Positions 36,852 through 46,476 of a stretch of DNA of 64,000 bases are shown here, in pieces. The stretch comes from an uncultured Eubacteriales bacterium (lineage in GTDB: Bacteria > Actinomycetota > Coriobacteriia > Anaerosomatales > JAAXUF01). The notes under the pieces are model-generated. The model was not told the DNA's origin. It saw only the letters and a list, made by a program, of their open reading frames with translations, and did no database searches. The stretch covers positions 9,711 to 73,710 of the forward strand of contig CAYMAN010000009.1 in the NCBI GenBank assembly GCA_964388455.1. Direction: 5' to 3'. The position numbers and the translations under genes were made by a program. How positions within the stretch are numbered: the first letter of the stretch is position 1; each line of letters opens with the position of its first letter.

Positions 36852-37715
36852 ATGGCACTGGACACCAGCTCGCGACGTCGGTTCGCGGTCATCACCGACA
36901 GCACCGCTGATATCGCTCCGGAGCTCGCCGCCCAACGCGGCATCACCGTCGTCCCGCTGTCGATCACCATCGGCGACGAGACCCTGCCTGACGGCGTCTT
37001 GACCCAAGCCGAGTTCTTCGAGCGCATGGCCGCCGCGCCCGACCTCCCCACCACTTCGCAGCCCAGCGCGGGCACCTTCGTCGACGCCTACACGGCAGCG
37101 CTCCAAACCGCCGACGAGGTTCTCTCGATCCACATCTCCTCGAAGCTCTCGGGCACGGTCGAGTCCGCGCGCACCGCGGCGCAGCAGTTCGACAGTCGCG
37201 TCCACGTCTTCGACTCGCACAATCTCTCCGGGGGCCTGCTGTGGCAGGTCTTCGACGCGGCCTCCGCTGCCGACGAGGGGCTCTCCGCCCCCGACACCGT
37301 CGCGCGCCTCGAACGCACGCGCGAGCAGGTGAAGCTCCTCGTGGGCCTCGACTCGCTGGAGAACCTCCGCCGCGGCGGCCGTATCGGCGCCGTATCGTCG
37401 TTCCTCGGCTCGATGCTCAACCTCAAGGTCACGCTCACCGTGGACGAGGCCGGCGCGTTCTCCCCGCTCGGCAGAAGCCGAGGCGAGAAGGCGGCCCTCG
37501 AGTACACGATGGAGTGGGTCGGCAAGCAGATAGGCGACGCGCATAGCGTGCGGGTCGCCGTCGGGCACGGCCTTTCCGAGGAACGCGCGCATCGCATCGC
37601 CGACATGATCGCAGAGCGATGGGACGTCACCGAGCTCGTTATCTACGAGGCCGGCTCCGTGGTGTGCACGCACACCGGTACCGTGTGGGGCGTGGCGGTG
37701 TGGCCGGAAGGGTAG
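36852..37715 (+). CDS. DegV-family (fatty-acid-binding) protein
   Basis: FAVITDSTADI N-terminus and a TSQPS motif. ATG 36852 follows a GAGAGAGG tract. Confidence 0.85.
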   Translation: MALDTSSRRRFAVITDSTADIAPELAAQRGITVVPLSITIGDETLPDGVLTQAEFFERMAAAPDLPTTSQPSAGTFVDAYTAALQTADEVLSIHISSKLSGTVESARTAAQQFDSRVHVFDSHNLSGGLLWQVFDAASAADEGLSAPDTVARLERTREQVKLLVGLDSLENLRRGGRIGAVSSFLGSMLNLKVTLTVDEAGAFSPLGRSRGEKAALEYTMEWVGKQIGDAHSVRVAVGHGLSEERAHRIADMIAERWDVTELVIYEAGSVVCTHTGTVWGVAVWPEG

Positions 37716-37828
37716 CGGGTGCTCGTCGCTGTAGCTAGTGACGACCGTCACACGCACACCTGACGCATTCGCTCGCTGACCTCGCGGTGGCTCATGGGCG
37801 CGTCGATACCTCAGCTGGAGGTACTCCC

Positions 37829-39181
37829 ATGACACACACCCTTGCTCGCAACGCTCGTTCCGCTCACCCGATTCGCTCGGCCCTCGCCACAGGTGCCGCC
37901 GTCCTCGCGCTCGCCTGCGCGTTCGCGGCCGTCTCGGCGACCAGTGCGCTGGCGATCAGTCGCACAGAAGTGCTCGCTCGCGCCCAGAAGCGCGTCGACG
38001 CGCCGGTGCCGTACAGCCAGTCCAAGTACTACGCGGGCTACCGCACCGACTGCTCGGGCTACGTGTCGAGCTGTTGGGGAACCGGGACGTCGTGGTCGAC
38101 CAGCTCGTTTTACAAGGTGTCCCACCCCATCAAGGCGTCGCAGCTCCTGCCTGGCGACGCGATGCTGAAGAAGGGCTACCACGTCCGGCTCTTCTATGGC
38201 TGGCTCGACGAATCACGCACTCACTACGTCGCCTACGAGTCCGCGTACGGCCAGATCGCCGGCGTTCGCGTCCATTCGCTGGCCGATGACCTCAGGTTCG
38301 GCTACATCCCCACCCGCTACGACAAGATCACCGGCACCATCTCCTCGCGCAATGTACTCAAGAACGGCGCCTTCGATTCGTGGAAGCGTGGCTGGAACTC
38401 GACTGCGCTGACCCCCGTCTGGTGGGAGGTCGAGGGTCCGTGGGGCAGCACCCTGGTCACTCGCCGACAAGACACCGCACACTCCGGCAGGAACTCGCTC
38501 AAACTCATCAACCCCGCTGGGGAGCCGGAGACGTTCACCGAGCTCAGCCAGTCGGTGCGTGTCGTCGGGAGCGCGCGCTACCGGCTCACAGCGTTCGCCA
38601 AGACCAGCTACTCGCCCGCCGGAGTCGAGATGCGGCTGGCCTACCTCAACGAGCTGGGCGAGTCCGTGGCCGAGACCAGCGTCGCCGGCGATCGCGTCCC
38701 GCTGCTTGCTGCTTCTTGGCGGCTGATGTCGCTGCAGGAAACGGCGCCTGCCGACGCGATTCGGGCCGTCGTCACGATGCGGCTCGCAGGCGCGACGACA
38801 ACCGACACGGCGGGGCTCGGCATCCCGGGTTCCTCGGCGACGTTCGATGACATATCGCTCTCGCGCCAACAGGTCTCGGTGACCATCAGACAGAACCGGA
38901 CCGTGTGCACCAACGGGACCTACGTGGCGCTTACCGGCTCGGTGACACCCACCTCGGCGATCGGCGTGCCGGTTGCAATCTACGTGCAGAAACCGGGCGG
39001 TAGCTGGACCAAGCTCGCCACCAACAAGGTATACGCGGCCGGTAGCGGCGCGGCGTGGAAGAGTCGCTACAACTTCACGAGCGGAATGCGCCGTGGCACC
39101 TACCGCTTCAAGGCGAGTGTGTCTGGCTTCCCGGGCGTCCTTGGCGCGACGAGCAAGGTTGCGAGCGTCACTCTCAAGTAA
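37829..39181 (+). CDS. Secreted NlpC/P60-like cysteine peptidase with C-terminal beta-rich (CBM/Ig-like) domains
   Basis: ATG 37829 follows GGAGG. Signal peptide. Catalytic-type RTDCSGYVS ... GYHVRLF. The annotation of the downstream domains is tentative. Confidence 0.6.
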   Translation: MTHTLARNARSAHPIRSALATGAAVLALACAFAAVSATSALAISRTEVLARAQKRVDAPVPYSQSKYYAGYRTDCSGYVSSCWGTGTSWSTSSFYKVSHPIKASQLLPGDAMLKKGYHVRLFYGWLDESRTHYVAYESAYGQIAGVRVHSLADDLRFGYIPTRYDKITGTISSRNVLKNGAFDSWKRGWNSTALTPVWWEVEGPWGSTLVTRRQDTAHSGRNSLKLINPAGEPETFTELSQSVRVVGSARYRLTAFAKTSYSPAGVEMRLAYLNELGESVAETSVAGDRVPLLAASWRLMSLQETAPADAIRAVVTMRLAGATTTDTAGLGIPGSSATFDDISLSRQQVSVTIRQNRTVCTNGTYVALTGSVTPTSAIGVPVAIYVQKPGGSWTKLATNKVYAAGSGAAWKSRYNFTSGMRRGTYRFKASVSGFPGVLGATSKVASVTLK

Positions 39182-39294
39182 CGGGCATGCGTCTGCATGC
39201 AGCAATCCGAGGCTCGACCACGTGCTGTGGTGCGGGCCTCGCTGCATTGCATGACCGTGTGAGGCGGAGTGCGGTACGTTTGGCATGCATTCTG

Positions 39295-39330
39295 CTTGTC
39301 CTATCGCGACAGATAGCGATATATCGCGTT
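39295..39330 (+). promoter_or_regulatory. Candidate promoter/operator of the PadR gene
   Basis: TTGTCC-18 nt-TATATC, with the perfect palindrome GCGATATATCGC (39316-39327) and repeated ATCGCG elements. It lies 25-60 nt upstream of ATG 39354. Confidence 0.35.
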
Positions 39331-39353
39331 ATCACTCAGCGAAAGGAACTCAC

Positions 39354-39902
39354 ATGCACCCTCATCACAAAGGCGACGAGTCCTGCGGACACGGCAAGCG
39401 TGGCATGCGTGCGCCGTTCGGCATGATGGGCCACATGCACGGTATGGGTCACCCCGGTGGCAGTCGCGCGCGTCGCGGCGACGTCCGCACCGCCGTCCTG
39501 CGTCTCCTCTCGGAGGCTCCGATGCACGGCTACCAGATCATCCAGGAGCTCTCGGCACGCAGCGAGGGTGCGTGGAGCCCCAGCGCCGGATCCGTCTACC
39601 CCACCCTCCAGCAACTCGCCGACGAGGGTCTCGTCACCGCCGAGGAGACCGCGGGTAAGAAGGTATTCAGCCTCACCGAGACCGGTGCGGCCCTCGTAGC
39701 CGAGACCGCCGATCAGCCCGCTCCCTGGGAAGACGCCGCGCAAAGCAACAGCGACGCCGGCAACTTCCGCGAGGCCGCCGGCAAGCTTATGCCCGCCCTG
39801 TTCCAGATCGGCAAGAACGGCACGCCCGAGCAGATCGCTGCCGCCGTCGAGGTCGTGAACGACGCTCGCAAGAAGCTCTACGCGATTCTCGCCGAGGGCT
39901 AG
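39354..39902 (+). CDS. PadR-family transcriptional regulator with a His/Met-rich N-terminal extension
   Basis: PadR winged helix (VLRLLSEAPMHGYQIIQEL...GSVYPTLQQLADEGLV). N-terminus MHPHHKGDESCGHGKRGMRAPFGMMGHMHGMGHPGG. Confidence 0.85.
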   Translation: MHPHHKGDESCGHGKRGMRAPFGMMGHMHGMGHPGGSRARRGDVRTAVLRLLSEAPMHGYQIIQELSARSEGAWSPSAGSVYPTLQQLADEGLVTAEETAGKKVFSLTETGAALVAETADQPAPWEDAAQSNSDAGNFREAAGKLMPALFQIGKNGTPEQIAAAVEVVNDARKKLYAILAEG

Positions 39903-39956
39903 AGGCCGCGTTCACCCACCGCCCCTGACCGCCATGCACGCAGCAACGGAGGACGA

Positions 39957-41669
39957 ATGAAGGCGTCACAACTTCGCGCCCGCTACTGGCGCATCGTGTT
40001 CTTCTTTGGCCGAGTGACGCTCGGCTTCATCTTCTGGGAGATCTTCCTGCGTCGCATCGGTCTGGGCGCGTGGGCGGCTCGCGGCCGCACCGAGCGCAAC
40101 CGCGCCACGGCGGTCCGCTTCCGCGCACTCGCCATCCGTATGGGCGGCCTGATGATCAAGGTCGGCCAGTTCCTCTCGGCCAGGCTCGACGTGCTTCCGG
40201 CGGAGATCACCGACGAGCTCTCCGGCCTCCAAGACGAGGTACCCGCCGAGAGTTTCGCCGCGATCCGCGCACAGGCCGAGAACGAGCTCGCGCTCCCGCT
40301 GTCTGAGCATTACGAGTGGTTCGACGAGACGCCGCTGGCTGCCGCATCGCTGGGTCAGGCACACCGCGCGCGCCTGAACGAGGCGGACGCTGCCGAACTG
40401 GGATTCGCCGACGTCGTCGTCAAGGTGCAGCGGCCCCACATCGAGGCTGTGGTCGAGGTCGACCTGTCGGCGCTGCGACGCGTCGGCGGCTGGCTCAAGC
40501 GCTACAAGCCAATCAGCGACCGGGCGGATGTGGGCGCGCTCATCGAGGAGTTCGCCACCACCACGCGCGCGGAGATCGACTATCTCGCCGAGGCCAGCAA
40601 CGCCGAGTCCTTCTCGGCGGCGTTTGTCGACGACCCGCGCGTGCACGTGCCGCGCGTGGTGTGGGAGCTGAGCACGCGTCGGGTGCTGACGCTCGAGGAC
40701 GTCTCGGCGATCAAGCTCGGCGACTACGACGCGATCACTGCAGCGGGCATCGACCGCACGCAGGTCGCAGAAGTCCTGGTCGACACGTATATGCGGCAGA
40801 TCTTCGAGGACGGCTTCTTCCACGCGGACCCGCACCCCGGCAACCTCTTCGTTACACCGCTCGACACGTACGATGCCGACGGCAAGCAAGAGTGGAAGCT
40901 GACGTTCATCGACTTCGGGATGATGGGCCACGTGCCCGAGAACCTGCGCGCCGGACTGCGCGAGGCGGTCATCGCCATCGGCACACAGGACGGCAAACGG
41001 CTGGTGAAGAGCTTCAAGACACTCGACGTGCTGCTTTCCAGCGCCGATCTCGCCCTGATCGAGCGAGCGAGCATGGCCGTCTTCGACCGCTTTGGCGGTA
41101 TGAGCATGGGCGAGCTGCGCGAGATCGATCACGCGCAAATGATGAACTTCGGCCTGCAGTTCCGCGAGCTGATGCTCAACCTCCCCTTCCAGCTGCCGGA
41201 GAACCTGCTGCTGCTGGGCCGCTCGCTCGCGATCCTCTCGGGTATGTGCACGGGGCTATCCCCCGAGTTCAACCTCTGGACCTCGATCGCCCCCTACGCA
41301 ACCAAACTCATCTCCGACGAGTCCGACGGCGAGGGCGGCTTTGGCGGCACCTTCAACACGATCCTGGCCGAAGGCACGAAGGTCTTCCAGACCGCTATCG
41401 GCCTGCCGGGTCGCGCTGACCGCGTACTGACGCTCATGGAACGCGGCGAGTTCAGTGTGCAGACGCCGATGCTCGACCTGCGCGTGCGGAGGTTGGAGCG
41501 ATCGGTGGCGCGTGCCGTCACGGCGCTGGTGTTCGCGGCGCTGCTCATCGCAGGCGCGATCGTCTACGCGACCGACCCTGGGCTCGGCAAGCTGCTCATG
41601 GGCGCCTCGGTGTTGCCGCTGCTTGCAGTGCTGCTGGGCGGCCGTGGCGGACATCCCGGCAGACGGTAG
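39957..41669 (+). CDS. ABC1/UbiB-family atypical kinase, membrane-anchored
   Basis: ABC1 motifs (PLAAASLGQAHRARL, HADPHPGNLF, IDFGMMG). C-terminal TM helices. Confidence 0.9.
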   Translation: MKASQLRARYWRIVFFFGRVTLGFIFWEIFLRRIGLGAWAARGRTERNRATAVRFRALAIRMGGLMIKVGQFLSARLDVLPAEITDELSGLQDEVPAESFAAIRAQAENELALPLSEHYEWFDETPLAAASLGQAHRARLNEADAAELGFADVVVKVQRPHIEAVVEVDLSALRRVGGWLKRYKPISDRADVGALIEEFATTTRAEIDYLAEASNAESFSAAFVDDPRVHVPRVVWELSTRRVLTLEDVSAIKLGDYDAITAAGIDRTQVAEVLVDTYMRQIFEDGFFHADPHPGNLFVTPLDTYDADGKQEWKLTFIDFGMMGHVPENLRAGLREAVIAIGTQDGKRLVKSFKTLDVLLSSADLALIERASMAVFDRFGGMSMGELREIDHAQMMNFGLQFRELMLNLPFQLPENLLLLGRSLAILSGMCTGLSPEFNLWTSIAPYATKLISDESDGEGGFGGTFNTILAEGTKVFQTAIGLPGRADRVLTLMERGEFSVQTPMLDLRVRRLERSVARAVTALVFAALLIAGAIVYATDPGLGKLLMGASVLPLLAVLLGGRGGHPGRR

Positions 41670-41682
41670 CGCGCAAGCGGGG

Positions 41683-43122
41683 CTAGTCGTCGTCCCTGGA
41701 CTTGCCGGGCTTCTGTCGGCCGTCCTTCCACGAGCCCGCCGCCGGGTCCGGCCCTCGGCTGACGGCGTAGTTCACGACCGAGAGGGGCTCCGCCTGCACG
41801 TCAGCCTCCGGGAACTGCGCATACACCTCGTTCTCAGGGATATCCGCGTTGTACTCGGCAGGCAGTGCCTGGGGGCTGAAGCCCGCGTCCTTGATTGCAG
41901 CGAAGGCCTCGGCTGCATCCATGCCTACGATACCGGGCACTGTCGCCACCGACGGTTCAGGGATCACGGCTGGAGCGGTCTCGGTCGCAGGAGTCGTCTG
42001 TGAACTGTCGGCCGCCCGTGACCCTGGCGTGGAGCTCGCACTGCGCGGTGGATCGCTGGCGGTGACGCCGTCCGGACCGAGTCGCGAGGCCATCCCAAGC
42101 CCGGCAGCCGCGAGCAGTACCGCGAGCGCCACCCACGCCCAAGCGGGACGATGCGCACCCACTCGTGACTCCGTGTCCAGAGTGTCCGCGAACACGGGCT
42201 CGGCACTGGCACTCGCGCCTGCACCCTCGACTCCCTCGAATCCTGCACCGACCACCGGCATGACCGCAGTCTTGTCGACGCGGCCGATGACGCTGGTAGC
42301 GGCACCAGCGGCACCGGACGCGATCGCGTCCAGCTCGCGGCGCATCTCATCGGCCGAGGCGTAACGATCGTCGGGGTTCTTCTGCATCGCCTTGATGATC
42401 ACGGACTCGAGTGCTGGGTCGATCCCAGGGTTCACAGCGCTTGGCAACGGAGCCACCTCGCCCACGTGCATGAGTGCGACCGTCACGGGATTATCGGCGT
42501 CAAAGGGTAGACGCCCTGTCGCGGCTTCGTAGAGGGTAACGCCCAGCGAGTACAGATCGCTCGCAGGGCTCAACGGCTTGCCCTGCGCCTGTTCGGGCGA
42601 GAGGTACTGGACGGTTCCCATGACCGATCCGGTCTGCGTCATCGCCGAGTTGCCGGCGCGCGCGATCCCGAAGTCCATCACCTTCACCGAGCCGTCCGGC
42701 TGCACCATGATGTTGTGCGGCTTGATATCACGGTGGATCACGTCGTAGCCGTGTGCAGCCGACAGGGCCGTACACACCTGAGCGCCGATCTCAGCGACAC
42801 GCGACGAGGGTAGCGCCGCATCATGCTCGACCTGCTTGAGATCGGACCCCTGAACGTACTCCATGACGATGTAGTAGGAATCCCCGTCCTGGCCCCAGTC
42901 GTACATATTCACTATGTAGGGGCTGACCAGGTTGGCGGCCGCCCGCGCCTCCTGACGAAACCGCGCTGCGAAGTGCGGTGATGTCGCAAAGCGTGCATGC
43001 ATCACCTTGACGGCGACGGTCCTACCGAGCGTCTCGTCGACTGCCCGATAGATGTCCGCCATACCGCCGGAACCGATCTTCTCGGTCACGCGGTATCTTC
43101 GGCCGAACAGCAGTTCCTTCAT
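41683..43122 (-). CDS. Ser/Thr protein kinase with TM helix and a single C-terminal PASTA domain
   Basis: ATG 43122. Kinase motifs GSGGMADIY, HRDIKPHN, DFGIA and SPEQ, followed by a TM helix and then a PASTA-like region (VPGIVGMDAAEAFAAIKDAGF...). Confidence 0.9.
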   Translation of the reverse strand: MKELLFGRRYRVTEKIGSGGMADIYRAVDETLGRTVAVKVMHARFATSPHFAARFRQEARAAANLVSPYIVNMYDWGQDGDSYYIVMEYVQGSDLKQVEHDAALPSSRVAEIGAQVCTALSAAHGYDVIHRDIKPHNIMVQPDGSVKVMDFGIARAGNSAMTQTGSVMGTVQYLSPEQAQGKPLSPASDLYSLGVTLYEAATGRLPFDADNPVTVALMHVGEVAPLPSAVNPGIDPALESVIIKAMQKNPDDRYASADEMRRELDAIASGAAGAATSVIGRVDKTAVMPVVGAGFEGVEGAGASASAEPVFADTLDTESRVGAHRPAWAWVALAVLLAAAGLGMASRLGPDGVTASDPPRSASSTPGSRAADSSQTTPATETAPAVIPEPSVATVPGIVGMDAAEAFAAIKDAGFSPQALPAEYNADIPENEVYAQFPEADVQAEPLSVVNYAVSRGPDPAAGSWKDGRQKPGKSRDDD

Positions 43123-43317
43123 GCGGCGCTCCCGTGCTCGTGTACGCGCCGAGGTCTGTCGAGTCTCATCTCGGCTCGAGCGATGTGTGGGTCGCGCCGC
43201 TCGGCCAGCTGCCAGCGGACACGGCAACGTCGGCATCAGGTGCCGACGTACCCTTGTCAGTGCAACTATCAGGCCCTTTGGCGAACTCGGACGTCTGATG
43301 CCCCACGCCGCAGCGGG

Positions 43318-43767
43318 TTAGCTTGCCGCCAGGTACGCGTTCAGCTTCGCGAAGCCGGACTGCATGACCTCGATGTGTCGCTTCTTGAGGTTGAACAGCG
43401 GGCCGAGGATGTTGGCTTTTCCACGTGTGCGGACGCGCCAGTGATACTCGACTCGCGTCGTCTCGCCCTCGGGCTCGAGTCGAAGATCAGCGAACCCGGC
43501 GATGTCGCCCTCGTGATACTCGAAACGAATGTAGTGGTCGTCGATTATCTCGGCGGTTCGCCACTTGAAGCGAGCGGTGATGCCTCGGCTGCGAACCGAG
43601 ACGGCGCATACCGCACCGACTTCACCGAACGGGATGTCACCGATCTGCCGCGACTCGACCTCGTTCCACCAGTGAGTCCTTCCCGCGTACTCGTCGGAGA
43701 GCGCAGAGAAGACACGCTGAGGTGTGGCGTTGACGATGGCGACGTCCGTGGTTTCGTAAGAAGGCAT
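43318..43767 (-). CDS. SRPBCC (START/polyketide-cyclase-like) family protein
   Basis: ATG 43767. About 150 aa with an SRPBCC-like pattern (ATPQRVFSALSD...WW). The upstream part of the track ORF was rejected. Confidence 0.6.
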   Translation of the reverse strand: MPSYETTDVAIVNATPQRVFSALSDEYAGRTHWWNEVESRQIGDIPFGEVGAVCAVSVRSRGITARFKWRTAEIIDDHYIRFEYHEGDIAGFADLRLEPEGETTRVEYHWRVRTRGKANILGPLFNLKKRHIEVMQSGFAKLNAYLAAS

Positions 43768-43853
43768 CCGCGGAGTGTACGCGAACGCCAGCTCCGATGG
43801 GAATATACTGGCAGTAATCGTGCATATCGCAGTCGAGCATCGATGGAGAGCAC

Positions 43854-44753
43854 ATGAATGCGATTGAGACCACAAAACTGACCAAGTACTACGGCACATC
43901 GCGGGGCATAGTCGACGTGGATCTGACCGTTCACGAGGGTGAGATCTTCGGGTTCATCGGCCCAAACGGCGCGGGGAAGTCGACCACGATCCGGACACTA
44001 CTCGGGCTGATCCACCCCACCAGCGGCTCGGCCACGATCTTCGGGCGTGACGTCGTCAAGGACGGGCCCAAGATTCGCGAGGATGTCGGCTACCTGCCCT
44101 CAGAGGTCTTCTACTACGACGACATGCGCGCGATCGACCTCCTCAAGTACTCGGCCAGCTTCTACAAGAAGGACCCCAAGGCCATCGAGAAGCGGATCCG
44201 CGAGCTCGCCGAGCTGCTCGATCTGGACCTGAAGAAGAAGATCGACGACCTCTCCTACGGCAACAAAAAGAAGGTCGGCATCATCCAGGGTCTCGCGCAC
44301 GAGCCCAAGCTCATCATCCTCGACGAGCCCACCGGCGGTCTCGACCCGCTCATCCAGCAGCAGTTCTTCAATCTCCTCCGAGAAGAGAATCAGCGGGGCG
44401 CCACGATTCTGTTCTCGTCGCACATTCTCGGCGAGGTGCAGAAGCTCTGTGACCGCGTCGCGATCATCAAGGACGGCACGATCATCAAGGTCGAGCAGAT
44501 CAAGACGCTTCTCGAGCACAGCACCAAGCGTTTCACCCTCGAGATGTCGTCCACACCGGACCCTGTGCTCTTCAGGATCGACGGCGTCAGCGACTTCAAG
44601 ATGACGGCCGACTCGGCGAGTTTCCTGTTCCGCGGTCACATCAACGACATCACAAGGATTCTCGCGGGGCTCGACCTCACAGACCTGCTGGTCGAGGAGC
44701 CTGACCTCGAGGAGATATTCCTTCACTACTACGAGAAGGATGACGCCCAGTGA
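43854..44753 (+). CDS. ABC-2-type exporter ATP-binding protein
   Basis: Walker A GPNGAGKSTT, signature LSYGNKKK, Walker B LIILDEPTGGLD. Overlaps the next gene (GTGA-type, 4 nt). Confidence 0.88.
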   Translation: MNAIETTKLTKYYGTSRGIVDVDLTVHEGEIFGFIGPNGAGKSTTIRTLLGLIHPTSGSATIFGRDVVKDGPKIREDVGYLPSEVFYYDDMRAIDLLKYSASFYKKDPKAIEKRIRELAELLDLDLKKKIDDLSYGNKKKVGIIQGLAHEPKLIILDEPTGGLDPLIQQQFFNLLREENQRGATILFSSHILGEVQKLCDRVAIIKDGTIIKVEQIKTLLEHSTKRFTLEMSSTPDPVLFRIDGVSDFKMTADSASFLFRGHINDITRILAGLDLTDLLVEEPDLEEIFLHYYEKDDAQ

Positions 44754-45550
44754 ACGTCTTCCTCCGCGAGCTGACGGCATATCGCAAGTCGACCATCACA
44801 TGGGCCATCTCCCTGAGCGGGATCATCCTCATGTTCATGGCGCTGTATCCGGCGTTCACCACGGACATCACGGCGACAAAACAGATCCTCAGCCAGTTCC
44901 CGCCTGCACTGCGAACCGCGCTCAACATCTCCCTCTCCAACTTCTTCACCCTGTACGGCTTCTTCGGCTACCTACTGGGCTTCGCGATGCTGGCGGCGTC
45001 GATTCAGGCGATGAACCTGGGAGTGGGCGTCATCTCCAAGGAGGTGTCGGGCAAGACCGCTGACTTCCTGCTCTCCAAGCCGATCTCCCGCGCGACGGTC
45101 GTGACCTCCAAGCTGGGTGCAGCGCTCATCATGCTGCTCATCACCAACGTGGTGTTCTGGACGGTGTCTTACTTCGCGGCTCTGGCGGTCTCGAAGGAGC
45201 CTATCGAGGTCGCGACGTTCTTCCTCTTGCTGTCCACACTCCTGCTGGTGCAGCTGATCTTCCTCGCACTTGGGGCGCTGTTCGCAGTGATGATCCCGAA
45301 GGTGAAGTCAGTTGTCTCGGTCAGTCTGCCCACGGTATTCACGTTCTACATAGTCGGTGCGATCGGCGACGTCCTCGAGAACGACAGCGTCCGATACGTA
45401 TCGCCGTTCAGGTTCTTCAACACCAACTTCATCATCACGAACGTCAGTCTCGAGGGAAGATACCTGGCCGTCTCGGCCGCGATCATCGTGATCGCCGTGG
45501 CACTGGCTTACGCGATCTATCTCAAGAAGGACGTCCGTTCCTCGACCTAG
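44750..45550 (+). CDS. ABC-2 transporter permease
   Basis: Six hydrophobic helices. N-terminus MNVFLRELTAYRKS. Confidence 0.72.
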   Translation: MNVFLRELTAYRKSTITWAISLSGIILMFMALYPAFTTDITATKQILSQFPPALRTALNISLSNFFTLYGFFGYLLGFAMLAASIQAMNLGVGVISKEVSGKTADFLLSKPISRATVVTSKLGAALIMLLITNVVFWTVSYFAALAVSKEPIEVATFFLLLSTLLLVQLIFLALGALFAVMIPKVKSVVSVSLPTVFTFYIVGAIGDVLENDSVRYVSPFRFFNTNFIITNVSLEGRYLAVSAAIIVIAVALAYAIYLKKDVRSST

Positions 45551-45559
45551 GTGGAATCC

Positions 45560-46357
45560 ATGAACGTGTATCTGCGAGAGATGAAGGCTCACCGAGTCGG
45601 GCTCGTGTGGTGGTGCCTCGGCATGATCGCACTGGTCGCCTCGGGAATGGCCAAGTACGCCGCATACGAGACGGCCGGCCAGTCGATCACGGCGATTTTC
45701 GAGACGCTGCCCAAGGCCGTGCTCGTTGTCTTCGGCATGCAGGGATTCGACCTCACCAAGGCAAGCGGCTTCTTCGGCGTGCTGTTCCTGTACATCGCCG
45801 TTATGGGGGCGATTCACGCCGCGCTACTGGGCGCGAGCCTCATCTCGAAGGAAGAGCGGGACCGGACATCGGAATTCCTCTATACCAAGCCGATCTCCCG
45901 GGGGACGGCGCTGACCGCCAAGCTTCTGGCCGGTCTCACCAACGTCGTCATCTTCAACATCGCCACGTCGGTGTCGTCCGTCTACTTCGTCGACTACTTC
46001 AGTAAGGGCGAGTCGGTAGGCAACGAGATCATCTTGCTCATGGTGGGGTTCCTGTTCTTGCAGCTGATCTTCTTCTCGATGAGCGCGCTGGTGGCCGGTG
46101 TGGTCAGGAAGCCGAAGGCGGCGCCCTCGATCGCCACCTCGATCATGTTCACCTTGTTTCTACTCGCCTACCTGGTGAACATGAGCGAGAAGCTCGACTT
46201 CCTGAAGTACCTGACCCCATTCAAGTACTTCGATGCGCTCGCGCTGTTGACCGACGGCAAGCTCGACCCGCTCTACGTCGGGATGTCCGTGCTCATCGTG
46301 GCGCTCTCGGTGTTCGGGACCTACTACTTCTACGATGCCCGCGACCTCACGGTATAG
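45560..46357 (+). CDS. ABC-2 transporter permease (paralogue)
   Basis: The N-terminus MNVYLREMKAHRVG parallels that of the previous gene, so I prefer ATG 45560 over GTG 45551. Confidence 0.72.
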   Translation: MNVYLREMKAHRVGLVWWCLGMIALVASGMAKYAAYETAGQSITAIFETLPKAVLVVFGMQGFDLTKASGFFGVLFLYIAVMGAIHAALLGASLISKEERDRTSEFLYTKPISRGTALTAKLLAGLTNVVIFNIATSVSSVYFVDYFSKGESVGNEIILLMVGFLFLQLIFFSMSALVAGVVRKPKAAPSIATSIMFTLFLLAYLVNMSEKLDFLKYLTPFKYFDALALLTDGKLDPLYVGMSVLIVALSVFGTYYFYDARDLTV

Positions 46358-46437
46358 CTGCGGCGTCGCCTGGCGTCGAGCGCCTCGTGCCCACGGCGCC
46401 GGTGTCCGACCCTCCGCTCGTCACGTTGCCCTGAAAC

Positions 46438-46476
46438 GCGAAGGGGCCCGCCATCTGCCGAGGCGGGCCCCTTCGC
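46438..46476 (+). terminator. Stem-loop terminator candidate
   Basis: GCGAAGGGGCCCGCC-atctgccga-GGCGGGCCCCTTCGC: a perfect 15-bp stem, 80 nt after the permease stop codon. Confidence 0.65.
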
